A stretch of DNA of 64,000 nucleotides, from assembly GCA_905178155.1 (NCBI GenBank), contig CAJINV010000004.1, forward strand, positions 8,202,938 to 8,266,937, written 5' to 3'. The notes beneath the pieces are model-generated. The model worked only from the letters and a program-made list of their open reading frames with translations. It did not search any database and was not told the origin of the DNA. The DNA comes from Amoebophrya sp. A120 (Eukaryota; Protista; Dinoflagellata). Positions 33,094 through 46,400 of the stretch are shown in pieces. The position numbers and the translations under genes are program-made. Within the stretch, counting starts at the first letter, position 1. The number at the start of each line of letters is the position of its first letter.

Positions 33094-36000
33094 ATGGCGC
33101 GTCCTCGGCGCAAAAAGATTCTGCGCCCCTGGCGTAGCATCTTTCTTGCTTCTTTGCTCTCTTCGACCTTCGCCCGTGCGCAAGGGATACAGTGGCCCGA
33201 CTTACACAACCACGAAGGAAACATCGGTGCTGCGTTGGACGCCATTGCCGTCACCGCGTCATTCGTGGAACAAGTTTTCCTGCCCGCGGTGGAGCACTAC
33301 AGCTGCGAAACGCAAGATGAGTTCCACCCGCTGTTCGTCTATCCTGTGGCAAAACGTAGGACCTCGTCCAGAGACGCTATGCATAAATCTGGTATGAATG
33401 CTCTTTTTTCATGTGATGCAACCACGCATGAAAAGCATTTCATGGCGCACCGTTTAGAAGGTTGGCATGCCAAAATCAGAATAGTAGGGCATGTCTGTAA
33501 ATCAGCTATATTAGGTATGTCAACTACAAGAGCTCTTTGGACTCCAATTTGTGATGCAAAACTCGTAGAAGTTTTTCACCTGTGTTGCAGCATTACTATC
33601 ATCTTGGCTCTAGGACGCGGACGGTTTTACACAGGACACAATCACGCAGCAAGGTGAGTTCCGGGCTCTGCTGGACCATGCCCAGTTCGTATCAACGTGC
33701 GATTTGCCAGGCCGCAGCAACCTTCTTGCGTGAAGCTCTTTGCATTACCGAACGCCTGTCATGTGGTCTGGTCACGAGAGAGTTTTCATCTATTGTGTCT
33801 TGCTTCAAAACTGTTAATCTTAATTGTGCCACGACGGAAACAGCAAATCTTCGCGTTGATACCGGGATCCAGGCATCCAGGCCCTGTACCTGTCGGACGT
33901 TGGATATTCAAAGAAAACTCGTTTGGCCAAGAAAAATGTCAATGCCTGTGTAAAAGTAGCGTTACGCCGTCAGGACACCAGGAGCATTTTCCTTTGGTCA
34001 ACGAGTTTTCCTTTCCATAACACCCCACGCCTCCCTCCTCTGCGCATGTGCCTGGATAGCTTGTGGGACTTTGTGCGCGAATTGATGGAGTGGCGCCCCG
34101 CGGAAGCTGACCCCAGTGCAACAGTCGACGAAACCATAAAGACCTTCACGGCGCCACCACCGCCAGGCAAGACAAAGGACCGGCTGCAAGCATGGGCTAC
34201 GCTGCTGCGTCGCGAAACCAGTAAGAATCACGTCGCGAAACTGAAATCCGCCTTCGATGCCGCCCATGCCTTGGCAGAACGAACGGCTGCCGTGCTGGAC
34301 GATGGGCAGATAGCATCTACAGCCGGCGACGATCCGGACGTGGCGGGAGCACCACAGCCTCCAGACACCAGGTCGCAGCATCACCGGGCGGAGATCGGGC
34401 AATTCGGAAACAACAACGCAATTCCCCGTGAATTCTGCCTCTTCGGCTGTGCGGAGCTGGTGGCCGGCTTTTTCTCGACCTTCAGCAACGAGGCCTTCGA
34501 GCGCATGTACGGTGTATCGGAAGCAAAAAACGTACCCACCATGTACCAGCAAGAAGGGTTCGTATGACCGTCTTCTTGGTAGTTCTGTTGACTACATTTT
34601 GCATGCAGGCGCTGACATATATCGAAATGTAGAATATTCTACCTTTCGTAGGACAGAATTACGGACATGTTCGTCTAACCGGCGCTGCGCATGGAACATA
34701 TACGTTTTTGAAGATGATAAAGCGACGACCGCATCTACCATCGCCTGCAACAGCTGCAGCTGACGTCCCTCGCGCACCCACACACACGGGAACTCAACTT
34801 TCGCTTTGTCGCGGGGCTGTACGGTCGGTGGGGTGAATTCGATTACACCTCGGAAGCGCCTCTGGGGCTCGCAAAGGTCGCGAGCGGGGTGACTGAAGCT
34901 GCGTTTCGGAAATCGGAAACCACAACTCCTGCCTCAGTTGTTCAAGCCGGCCGAGCGTTTGCGAAGTTCTTCTCGCAGAGCAGCCGGTCCGCACACGTTC
35001 GCGCAGGAAAGTGGCGCTACCTCGCGGGCGACGTACTGGTACCAGAAAACCTCGTCAGCCTCTCAAACCTCCCCGGCGGCTTCCAGCGCCTCTTCACCAG
35101 CGTGCGGCACAAGTCTCGCCACCTGGCGCGAGTGCTGCACACGAAGAAAGCAGCGGAAATTTGCAACGTGGCCACGTACGACCCGCAACAGGACTATTTT
35201 GGTTTGGTTTGCGCCCTGTCCGAGGGCCGTCTCGGGTCCGTGCTGCGACTGCAGGACGGCGACGTCTTTCTTGCGGAAAAGGAGAGGTCCGTGGAAGAAC
35301 CCCTGCCAAGTGTGGAAGCCGTGAACGAGCGCCTGCCAAGGGAAGAAGGGCCACCAGGCAAGGGCGTCTACAAGATGAATCCTTTGCTGCTCGTCCTAGA
35401 CCCGGAGTCCTGGGCGCACGACGCGCTGGCGTACGTACAACAGCAATGCCACCCCTTCGACGAGGCGGGTTGCTGGGAACGAGTAGTCGTCGCAGAAAGC
35501 GGGGCACTGCAGCAAGCTTGGGCCACAAACGGCAAACGAAACTTGGGTGACCGCTTTCCCGTGCACGAAAAACATCTATGCAACAAATGCCATTTTTCTC
35601 TTCAGTGAACACAAAGTTTGCAGCTGCTGAAGACCTCTTGCATCGCCAAGTTTTTCTGCAACCCGAAAGACACATTCGAAGACCAGCTAAAACTTTGTTG
35701 CCGAGGAGTTTAATTTCGTACTTCATAAGACCTCCCGCAGGTTCACGACATTCTCAACAGCGAAACAGCCACGCGTTTTCGACAGCTATATGCCACGGAA
35801 CGACATCCGCGCCGAAGGGGTCCCTCGGTGGAGCTCCGCTCGTACTACACTGTGACCGAACGCCCGAGCGCCGCCGCTCCGACCGGTTCTTTATCCAGGT
35901 ATCGGAAGGACAGGCCGCTGCGCATCATGGGCCTGGCGCTCCACTCGCCGTTCCTGCTCACGGTGGTGCAAACTATTGCCCTGACGGCAACCTTCTACTG

Positions 36001-39000
36001 GGACGCCACTGTCGTTGCCCGAATTTCCGGCAACAACTACCTCTGCAACACACTGCAGCAACAGTTCCTCTTTCCTGGCTACGAATTCGGCAATAAATCA
36101 GGGCAGCAATCGCCGTCTAGCACGCGGGCCACGGCCCGCCGACTGGAGCGGGAGATGGAAGGTTACCGGAGTGCAGACAACCCTGCCTGCGTCGGCGACT
36201 CCGGAGGAAACAGCCTGCTCGCCCCGCTGCAGACGTTTAGCAACTGGTGGGCCAAGAACTTCGAGTCGGACGAACTAAACTCTGAGGACAACGCATCATA
36301 CACTTTAAGCGACATCTGGTATCCGACAGCAAATTGCTCCTGCCCCGATCGTTCTCACAGTGAGAGGCACTTTCGCCCGCAAAGTCAGCTTGCTTTTCGT
36401 TCTTTACAAGCGTCGCTATGCGGTGTCGAGTGTGCTTTCCTGACGTGACCGTCACGGCGCAAGAGCAATTTGTGTAGCGATATCTTGACCGAGGCACATG
36501 CCGCATTCCGCGCGGAGGCCTCGGACGACCTGGACCTCCTCTTCTGTGCCGACTTCCTCTTCTTGTGCGCACTGCTCGCCCTTGCGACGCCGGCAGACGT
36601 CCACGCTGTGGACCGCATGATAGCCTCCTTTACCGCAACAGAAACGTCGCTCGCCGCCACTGCGGACAGTGTAACGTGGTCCGTCGTCGGTGTAGAAGCG
36701 AGAAGCAGTAGCAATGCGCAGGAACCGACCTCCCGAAACGGAGTCGGCGCGACACTCAGCACCCCAAACACCCCAATGCTGCTGCTGTTTGGCTTGAACA
36801 TGCTGGATTTTGTGGCGCCGCGGTTCTACCAGCACATGTTGTTCCTCTTTCGTGTGTTGGACCGACGACCCGGAACGATGCTGGCGGTAGCGCATGAGCA
36901 CCAGAACCCCATCTTCCGCCACCAGACTGGAGTGAATGCGGCCCTTGTCCCGCTGCTGGGCATCGCCGTGTTCGAAACGGAGGCAGCGGCAACGGACGAT
37001 CGTCTGCGCCAACTGGAGCGTCGTGTGGTGCATCCATTGATACGAAGAAGAAAAAACGAGTCTTGCTTTTACTGTACAGGCGGCACTCACCATCAGCAAA
37101 GGCTTTGTGCTGATCGAAATTTTTGTAAACACAAGACAGCCAACGCATATTGAACAAAGGGAAACCGCTTTTCTTCTTCTATAATCAGAGGCACTATTTC
37201 CAGCCGACCGCCCAATATACAACCCTGCAGCGACGCAGCCTCGAAACGAGATGCACGAAGATGTTCGCCGGCGTGTCCTAGTGCTGCGCTCCCCCTTCTT
37301 CCAACGCCGGCAGGGATACTGGTTTCGCGCACTCTGTGCCCGCCTCGAACCGCTACTATGAAACTCAAATCCGGGCACACAGCGTCATGCCTGGCATGCT
37401 GGGCGATATTTACGTCAACCAAGCATTTCAGGGTGCTCGCTGCTAGTGCGCATTCGCTTTTCATACCTACTGGAGTTTGACTTCGTGAACACGCTGGGGG
37501 AAAGCGCAATCGGCCAAACGGACGCATCCACCGCAGACCGCACTACAAATGACACGCGGTCGGCGGACCTGCTTGTGGGCGAAATACCTCCGCCGACAAG
37601 GCGTCAGCCAAAGCCTCCGCTCGAGCGCACAAACTGGCAAACCCTCTTCGGCGAAGCGACCGACAACACCACCGCTTCGTCAGCGCCCGACGCACCGTGG
37701 TCCGGCTATGTCTCTGCGAATCTTGGTCGCCTGGTGGCGCTACGGAAATAAATGCCCCCCTGCAAAAACCTGCCCGGGCCACTTGGCCCCGGTTCAGTAG
37801 CACATAGGCGTCCTTGCCAAGTGGAAATAAAAAAGTGGCTACAGAAACAAGCTACTTTAGTTTGGATTATTCCAACACCCAGGCTGTGTTGTGGACACTG
37901 CAATGGAAACCACGCGTTTGTCAAATTAGCAAAAAAGCACGTATTACAAATTGGAATGCCGACAGCTGAACAGCAAACTGGCAACGAAAATGCATCGCGC
38001 AGAGGGGTTGGAATCGTCTTCTGTACAGTGTCTTGCATGCCTCAGTAAGGTATCTACCGGAATTGACAACCACTCGCAGCGGTTCGCAGGGAAGACTCGA
38101 AAGCAAGTAGTACCCGGACGACCAAGACTTACTACTGCATAATCGAGTGACCATGTTCTCGAGCCCAACAGCCGAGAAACCGTGGCTCGTGCGAAATGAA
38201 TTCGTGCAGCCGATGCGTGCTCTTCGCGACTACCGCAGCATGCTCCAAGGCGCGCACCTGGCGTTGTATATGCCGTCGGAAATCGCCCTCATCAAGTTCA
38301 AGGACGCATACAGCAGCGGCATCCCAATAGCGGCAATACGGAAGTGAAGTTCTTTTACCAGCTCAGCCATGCACATGCATCGACAGCAAAGTGAGCGCAA
38401 ATATAAAAGTAGAAACCCCATTACACAATCCGACTTACCTTGTAGATGTTTTTTGCCCTTGCGAATCCGAAACAAGGTCCGGATGGATACACAGCAGATG
38501 CTGAGAACGCCTCGTGCAGAACCCACTTCCGAATTCCATACCCTCCGGAGTGGTACTACCTGGCGCGAATTCTTGTGCCCTTCGGCTATGACGCCAACAC
38601 AATTGCTTTGCTCGTCACTGACTCAGAACCCACGTTCGCACACACCCAGAAGAGGAATAGAATATGTGGCGTGCCACACCTGCGTGAACTGTTCCCGGAT
38701 GAGCGCGCCACGAGCCCAAAAATTTCGAAAACTCAAGTCATGCGAAGTGCTGCAAAGCAATTTTGTTTCCATACTTCCGGGCAAATACTGACAGGGCGCG
38801 CTACAGCCTCCGGGCTGCAGGGGTATGCAAACAAACTTTCCGCCGCACTGCTTCGCATTCGTGAGTAAGCCCACAAGCACGAATGGCGCTGCCAGCTGGT
38901 TTCAGCTGCGCATTCGCTTATTCGGGTCTCCGTAGAAGAAGAGAGAGGCACGATGGTGCGACGTCGCGAAACGCATGAGCTGCTTGACTTCCCCTTCAAC

Positions 39001-39335
39001 GCGATATTCATTCCGAAGCGTCCAGCGGAAATGGCTTGCATACCGGATGCTTGGCGGGCGTCGAGCAGAGCACGCTGCCGTTCTCCGCGGCGACGACCGG
39101 CCCGTTCTACAAGGGCACTGTAGATAAAGTCCGCACACTTTTCTTCTGGTTGCGACTCAGTGATGTGGAGCGTTTTCCGCATGTCCTGCGGTTCTCTGCC
39201 GTCGTCGACCTGGTGTACCTCGCACGGCATGTTGGTCTCGATGTGGTGTCCAGCCGCATGAAAGAATTTTTCTTCGGCAGAGTTGTTGCTAACACAATTG
39301 GTTTTTATCGACAGACACTGCGCCGCCTTTTATAA
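33094..39335 (+). CDS. Large secreted/membrane hypothetical protein, possibly glycosyltransferase-like
   Basis: Signal-peptide-like N-terminus (IFLASLLSSTFARA). Exons join in frame at the junctions checked, ending ...WLRLSDVERFPHVLRFSAVVDL...RRLL*. The function is a guess. Confidence 0.6.
33905..34019. mobile_element. Old IR intron
   Basis: Arms GAAAACTCGTT/AACGAGTTTTC; TSD lost; +5 removal restores frame. Confidence 0.7.
34563..34719. mobile_element. Old IR intron
   Basis: TAT..ATA; flanks GTTCG/AAGCG; +5 removal gives EGFDDRI, while the nearby GT-AG gives a stop. Confidence 0.65.
36320..36482. mobile_element. IR intron, singleton
   Basis: Arms CAAATTGCTC/GAGCAATTTG; TSD TCTGG/TCTTG. Confidence 0.8.
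37707..38141. mobile_element. Old IR intron
   Basis: Arms TCTTGGTCG/CGACCAAGA; TSD lost; +5 removal gives PWSGVTMF. Confidence 0.65.
38587..38773. mobile_element. Old IR intron
   Basis: Arms AATTGCTTTGC/GCAAAGCAATT; TSD lost; frame restored. Confidence 0.65.
38824..39042. mobile_element. Old IR intron
   Basis: TATGCAA..TTGCATA arms; flanks AGGGG/CCGGA; frame restored. Confidence 0.7.
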
Positions 39336-39419
39336 CGACAGAAGAACTGAAACCTCGAACTCGTGCGACGAAGTAGTCTGCGTCGCTCATTTGCAAGGCC
39401 GTTGCCTGCTATGCACCCT

Positions 39420-41080
39420 GTGCCACGGCTCCTTCCGTGCGCCAGCCAGCTACTTGTGTTCTTGTTCTGGACTATCCAAGACGCCCCACGGAAAACAGCC
39501 GACAAGCCCAACCGCCCGAGGGCTTCGACGAAACAAGAACCGCTACGGCCGAGGGCGCCGACCGTTTGGCACGCCTGCGCAGCTGCCTGGCCCGCCGCCG
39601 GTGGTTCTTCCATGTGGGCGGGGCGTGTATTGTCTGCTCTCATTTTTTTTTTCGAAGCGGGCCAGGCTGGCCAGCTTTGGCCCCCGCGCGCAGCCGCCTA
39701 CCCAGAGCCGGTAGGGCGCGGCCCCGGCGCGCCTGACCTGTTCTTGCCGTGTTTCCCACACCTGGCGCCGGGCGACCGCTTTCTGACGGTTGTGCGCAGC
39801 TGCTTTGCCCCTGTGCCCCGGCGCGTTGCCTGTTCTTGCGCCTTCACCGTGCCCGGCCCGCCCTTGTTGTATTTTCCCGGCGCCGATCAGGACGGCCACT
39901 TTTTGCGCCGCCGCCTGCCCGCCCTCGCATGCAATGCGAAAGCGGCGCCAGTGGTCCGCTTGTGCCGCAGGTTCTTGCGCCGCGGCGCAATGGCGTCGCA
40001 CCCTCCCGGTATTGCGGGGCGACTTGCAAAGCCACCGGGCTTAGGGCCGCAGTAGTATGTGTGGGCCCGCAAGGCGGCGAAAGCACTGCCCGCCCCCCGT
40101 ATGTGTTTTTTCCCGTGTGGGCCCTATGTGCTTGGGAAACCGCAAGACGCGGCATCCTGGCGCAGGTCCAGCAAGGCCCGGCATCCTGGTGCAGGTCGAA
40201 GCCCCTCCAGCTTTCCGCGGGTGCAGCAGCTGCAAAAACATGCGGCCCCGCACGCTTCTGGCGCGGGCCGACGCGGGTGCAACAGGTGCAAAGCGTGGGG
40301 CCTCGCGGCGTTCTGGTGCAGGTCGAAGCCCCTCAAGCTTTTCGCGAGCGCAGCAGCCCGCTGCAAAGCGTGCGGCCTTCTGGCGTCTGGGTGCAGTTCG
40401 AAGCCCTTGCCGCTTTTCGCCGCAAAGCCTGGCGGCCTGCGCCATGGCATGCGGGCGAGAAAGCGCGGAGCCGGGCCGCCGCCGGTCCGCGCTGTGTCGC
40501 GATGGGCCGCGCTTGCCGTATTTTTTCGGGGCGGCCACTTTTTGGCACCTCTGCGCAGGTGCTTGGCCCGCCTAATACCATGCGCCTGCCGTGTGCCTGG
40601 TCCGTTCTTGCCGCAGCTTTTTCGAGGCTCCTCGAGGCCGCCAGTTTTTGACGCCGCAGCGCAGACGCTTTGGCCGCTCTTGCCCGATTAAATGCCACGC
40701 GGCTGCCGTGTGCTTCGTCCGTTCCTGCCGTGTTTTTTTCGCGGCTCGTTCGGCATCTTTGCGCCAGTGCCTTGGCCGTTCGTTCCTTACCCTTCTAGCC
40801 GGCGAGCGCTCGGGCCGTTCTCGCCGTATTTTCTTCGAGGCTCGCCAGGGCGGCCGCTTTTTGTCGCCTTCCTGCCCGAGCAACTGCAAAGCCAGCCGCG
40901 CCGGGCTACGCTGCTCCCCGAGTGTTCCGGGCAGTGTTCGCCGTGCCTCGCGCCGCTGCGTGTTTTCGGGTGCGGGGCCCATTCAGTTGCAAAACCGCAA
41001 AACCAGCCGCGTCGGCCTGTGCCGGGCGCGCGTCGTTCTCTTCGGCGTCGCTGTCCGCCGCCGCGCGCGCCATGATTTCT
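39420..41080. repeat. GC-rich intergenic island with internal imperfect repeats
   Basis: CTGGTGCAGGTCGAAGCCCCTC-like units at ~40150-40410 and GCCGTGTGC..CGTTCTTGCCG units at ~40590-40860. Confidence 0.6.
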
Positions 41081-41859
41081 AGAAAAACCGCGACCCTTCT
41101 GTCCTAATTCACGTGTTTAATTACGTAAAGACATCGCGCGCAGCGCAAATGCCTCAATTGCGGTCATTATGGGTATTAATCTGTCTGGAAAAGGCCTTTG
41201 GAAACTTACATCCTGCCCTGTCCGTATGTTGGTGTTGGCGCTGATTTCACTTTCAAATAGTTGAGTAAGTGCTCTCATATGGTTTTCAACTATGAAATTG
41301 AAATCAGCGCCAAAAGTTGGTTTGTCCGCTTCGGCGCTTGCGTTTTTACGTTCAAATGCTGGCCACATGTTTGCGCGCGCGTTTTGCTTTCCAATCTTGC
41401 TGGCCCAGAATCAACCCCCTCCGAAATCACATGCGTACGGGCGTGGCTTTTTGTGTGCCACGTATTAGCAACGAAGCAGGTGGCCCGCTCGTCTTCTTGT
41501 GCAAAAATTTTGCGCAGATCGTGCGCATGCGTCACCACAAAGCAAAAGGCTGGGCCTGTCAATATTTGCAGTGTTGCATAAACCGAAGCGCAAAACCCAG
41601 AACACGCACACGCCTAAAGCGCAGCGCTTTTGGGTGCGTTTAGTATTTTAATAGCTGTGTAATACCGGAACAAAGCGCAAATGCGGCATTTGCCGCCGTT
41701 ACAGCAATATTGGGCCTCATAGCTGATATTCTCTGTCTTTTTTGTTGTTGATGCGCCGGCGTTTGTTTGTGCGTCTGTCGCTGCGCGCTTGCAGCGCCGC
41801 GCATCTTCCGCACCGGCGATCGCGGTGTATGTTACCGAATGTGGAGGCGCCCGGACAGT

Positions 41860-42480
41860 GTCCAAACAAACCAAGCCCGCAGCTTGTTGCAGGCCGTAGC
41901 AAACCGAACCAGCCGGGCGGCCTCCAACCGCACCGCCTCCGTCGTAGCATGCTGGCGAGGATGCGCGGAACCGGACAGCCCCCAATCCGCACGGCACTAC
42001 GTGCGCCCTGGTGCGGAGCGTAGCAAGCCGAGCCAGCCGAGCAGCCGCCGACCGGGCAGCCTCCGTCGTAGCATGCGGGCCAGGATGCGGGGAACCGGGC
42101 AGCCTCCAATCCGCACGGCACTACGTGCACCCTGGTGCAGAACGTAGCAAGCCGAACCAGCCGGGCAGCTTCCAACCGGACAGCCTCCGCCATAGCATGC
42201 GGACGGGGATGCGCGGAACCGGGCAGCCTCCAATCCGCACGGCACTACGTGCACCCTGCTGCAGAACGTAGCAAACCGAACCACCCGGGCAGCTTCCGAC
42301 TGGACAGCCTCCGTCGTAGCATGCGGGCTAGGATGCGCGGAACCGGACAGCCTCCAATCCGCACGGCACTACGTGCACCCTGGTGCAGAACGTAGCAAAC
42401 CGAATCAGCCGGGCAGCCTCCAACCGGGCGGCCTCTTTCGTAGCATGCGGGCGAGGATGCGCGGAACCGGACAGCCTCCG
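41860..42480. repeat. 124-bp tandem repeat, about 5 copies
   Basis: CAATCCGCACGGCACTACGTG recurs at ~41983, 42107, 42231 and 42355. Confidence 0.9.
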
Positions 42481-42591
42481 ATCGGCATCGGGTTGCCCGG
42501 CTTTCGGCCCCACTTTTGGGGAGGGTCGGGAGCAGTTGCGCGCGCCATACCGTCGGGCGGAGGTTTGCGTTGAGTTTTGGGAAGCTGCCAA

Positions 42592-42691
42592 NNNNNNNNN
42601 NNNNNNNNNNNNNNNNNNNNNNNNNNNNNNNNNNNNNNNNNNNNNNNNNNNNNNNNNNNNNNNNNNNNNNNNNNNNNNNNNNNNNNNNNNN
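42592..42691. other. Assembly gap (100 N)
   Basis: Run of 100 N. Confidence 1.
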
Positions 42692-43417
42692 TGGGGGCTG
42701 GCCTCGCGTCCGACGAACTATGCGCCACGAAGGTCGCCCTATGACCACCCTCAGTTGCCGGGGCCCCGAGAACGAAGAGGCCCCGCGACGAAGGAAAAAA
42801 GGGGGGGGCGGCCGTGATAAAGGTTTTCGGCCCGGCGGCGCGTTCGTGCAACGCCCGGCAAGAAGAAATAAGGACGCGTTGGCCCGCTGTTGTTTCTGAG
42901 ATTTAGCACGAGCGAGAAGTAAGGAGCGCATGCGTGCCCATCATAGATAAAAACCGCCCAAGACATTCCGTTCCAAATCACTTCACGCGGTTTTATCATC
43001 AGCTGAGCGCCCTCCGCGTCGTCCCGAGTATGCTAGCAAAAATTCGAGCCGCAGTGGCTGTTGACATGCAGAAGCGTGGTTTTGGTAATTGCAAATAGCA
43101 AATCATTTTCGTGTGGGTCCGGCACTTCCAGCAGAATCTCGCTAACACCACAACCCAATGGCAGCGTCTGCTCATTTATTTCATCAGCCGATCGTAGCAA
43201 GCCACAACGGCGAAAATTTGCCAAGATACGGCTCCGTCTCCAGTCTAGGTTATGGAGTTTAGAAAGCGTATCCTCCCACCTGAGTACTGCAAATTTGGTG
43301 ATTGTCCCGATGGCCATATCATGCGGCGGACTACCCCTAAAAATGCAGCGAACGTTAATGCGAAACGCACCACGTTTTTTGCTGAAGAAATGCCTTTTCC
43401 TGAGGAAGATACGACAT

Positions 43418-46400
43418 TCATCTTGATACGATGCCCTCGAACGCCCAGACGTTCTCCATCTGTTCCTGTTTCTCGATATGTTGGCGCCAGGCGGAAAGTT
43501 TGCGGACCCATTCGTTGATAATCTGCTCCTCCACGTTAGCTGGTATTTATTTTAAATTTCTGTTTTGCTTTTGTTCGTTAGTCGGTCAACTCTTCTTTGT
43601 GGGTTTCAAAGATTGTGGGGTGCGTAAGTAGGAAGATGTACGCGAAACACAAAGTGTCCGTCATCCATCACAAAAGCGAAGAAATGTTGTAAAAGCAGTA
43701 AGTATAGTACCCGTAAGAACAACCTCCTCGATTTTATCCTTTTTCGTTTTATCGTGTTGATGCCCGGTAGCCAACAGTTCGTCGTGTTTTGCCTCATCGT
43801 ACTTTGTTTCCCCGATTTTTTTCTCATTTTCATCGTTTTTTGGCGAAACACCGTCTGCCTTTTGCAACGGCAGTTCCTCCTGGTGGCTCGTGGTTTTTTG
43901 TTCCTTCCAGGGCCGCGTCCTCTTGTTTCCGCCTGGCAACTCCTGTGGCTGCGCCGACTCGGTCGCATTTTCCGGACGACTTCGCTCTTCTCCTGCGCCG
44001 GGTCGGTCATCCGCAGCTGCCTCGGGCTGGGCAGGCTCATCCGCAGCTGCCTCGGACACGATCGGATCTTCCACAGCCGCCGGGATCTTTGCAGCCGCGT
44101 CTCCACTGCTCCCGTCCGGGTCGTCTAGAAAAACTAGAGTTTTGCGCGCTTGTTCCGCAGGCTGTTCTCCACCGTCGCCTTCCGCCCGCTCCTTTTTCTC
44201 CGGCGATCGCCGGGCCTGTGTGGCCTCCCGCTCGATCTCCTGCGCCTCCTGTTCCACGGACTTGACTAAAAAGGCGTCCAGGTTGGCGCCCTGCAAAGCG
44301 GTCTCGTCCAGGTACTTCACGGTGATGTGTTCAATAGTTCCGGCATCCTGAGTAAAAGCGTCCCTACCCCGCAGTCAGATTCGAGCATCACAAATCCCAA
44401 AATGCCACTGGTTCTCATAGGTCCACCTCTTCGCATGAGAAACATGATTTTAAGCATGCAGACTTGCATATACAACTCTGGGGCGGGGACGTTTTCACAT
44501 TGGATATCCAGTGTCATTCTTCAGTCTGTCGCCGTCCGCGTCCAGGAGGTCGATCACGTCGGGGTTCACCGCAACCGTTATTGCAAGGAAAAATCCCCCC
44601 TCCCCATATTGGAAGCGCATCACTCTGAAAATTTGCGATGCAGATTTGTGACCACAAATCGCATCTGTCTTGCAAGCAGGCAAGTTCAGCCTGTCCGCCG
44701 CGTTATCACGCAGGCCGTTTGCAATGCTGGAAGGCCTCCGATCTGCGTGCAGTCCTTTACCGCAACACAGACGCGATTTGTGTATCCAAATCTAGCATCA
44801 GAAATTTCGTTTTGATATGGGGAGGGGTGATTTTTCCTTTGCATAACCGTGGTCACGAGTTCCTTCTTGTGCTGGGGCAGGCGGAGAATAGCCTCCAACA
44901 CGCCCCTCGCTTCGAAGAACGTCGTCTCCTCGGACAGCTTGATCAGCGTGCTATTCGTCTTGGACGCGGAGAGCCGGTTCGGGCCGAGGGGGAGCGTCCG
45001 CAGGAGTCCGTGCACCTCGACCGGGTTGTCCGAATCGATCGTAATCGTCATCTATGCATTGCAAAGGTGTCTGGGTCTGGAAGGTCCTGAGGCTTGTCAT
45101 GCACGTTTTGCATGGGCCATGATGTCTGTGATGCATGCTGTAGCATCACAGATTTTTTGAGAGCTTCTTGATGCCTACTCTGCACGACAAATACCATCTC
45201 CGCATACCAAAAATTGCATTCCCTTTGCTGCTCATGCAATACAGATTTTTTTGGAACCGCCCAAACGTAGCATCGCAAGCTGCACTCTTCCAGACCCAGA
45301 CATTTTTGCATTTGATACCATCGGGGGCTTCCACGCCAGGTTTGGCGCCGTTGTCGGTGGTTCTTCCGGCTGGAAAGTGGTCGGCGCGCTCACCTTCGAG
45401 TTCAGTGCGGTCGTCCCGGGACCGCTTGTGGTGGAGGCCTTGGAGTTGAGCTTATTGTGGCGAAAAACGTAATTCCCACCACAGAGTCCAGATCCGGATT
45501 TTACTACGCAACTCCACAAGTTTTGCCTAGCGCGCCGCATGATCAGTTCTTTGAACGCGTATGGTAGTGGTGTTTTAGGTAGCTAGTGGAGACGCATCAC
45601 AAACCGACAACCTCATCCTGATTCCAGCATCACAAACTTCCGGATAGCATGAGAAAATGGCTCTCGTGGGGTTGCGCACGAGACGTGTTTAGGCATGCCA
45701 CTTTGCATGACAATTCTAGGGTGAGAACGTTTTTACATTAGGATAAAGCTGCTTCAGCTGCTCGACGATGCCTTCTAGTTTCAGGAACAGTTCTATCGTG
45801 AGGAAAATAAATCCCCTCTCCCCGCCCTATCGAAAGGAGAACTCGTGACATTTGGGTACACAAATCGACTTGTATTGCTAGAAGGCCAGCAAGAGATGCA
45901 GTTGCGGTTTTGCTTGCAGGCAATCTGTTATGCTGTTTTCCGCTTCCAGTTGCCTCCTGTCATGCTGCAGAAGCACGGCTTTCCAGCGCGAGCCACTACT
46001 ACAGTCCGCATCTCTACTTCCCTTCTAGCATGACAATGTGTTGTTTTGTGATTACAAATCATGCTACACAAATTCCCGCTTTGATATGGGGAGGGGGGAT
46101 TTTTCATTTTGATAAGTTCCGGGTCCTCGTCGTTGCGCACTTGGAGAAGCGTGCTCTCCCCTGTAGCATCCGCGATCTCGAAAACGTCGTACGGTAGAAG
46201 TTTCTATCCATTGCAAATGTGTCTGGAGCTGGTAACTACTTGTAATGCTCGTTTGTGAAGGGTGGTGAGCGCTGTATACCGCAATGCACAGCCACACTTG
46301 ACAAGTTTCTGGACTCGTCCGACGTACCTCGCTTTCCGCATGGCAAACTGCACTTTTGCATCACAGGCAAGAAAGTTTTATTTTTTCTGCTCACGCCTTA

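Noticed and set aside
39363-41082. Stacked 150-300-aa ORFs on both strands
   Set aside because: They lie in a GC-rich repeat island and are open in most frames.
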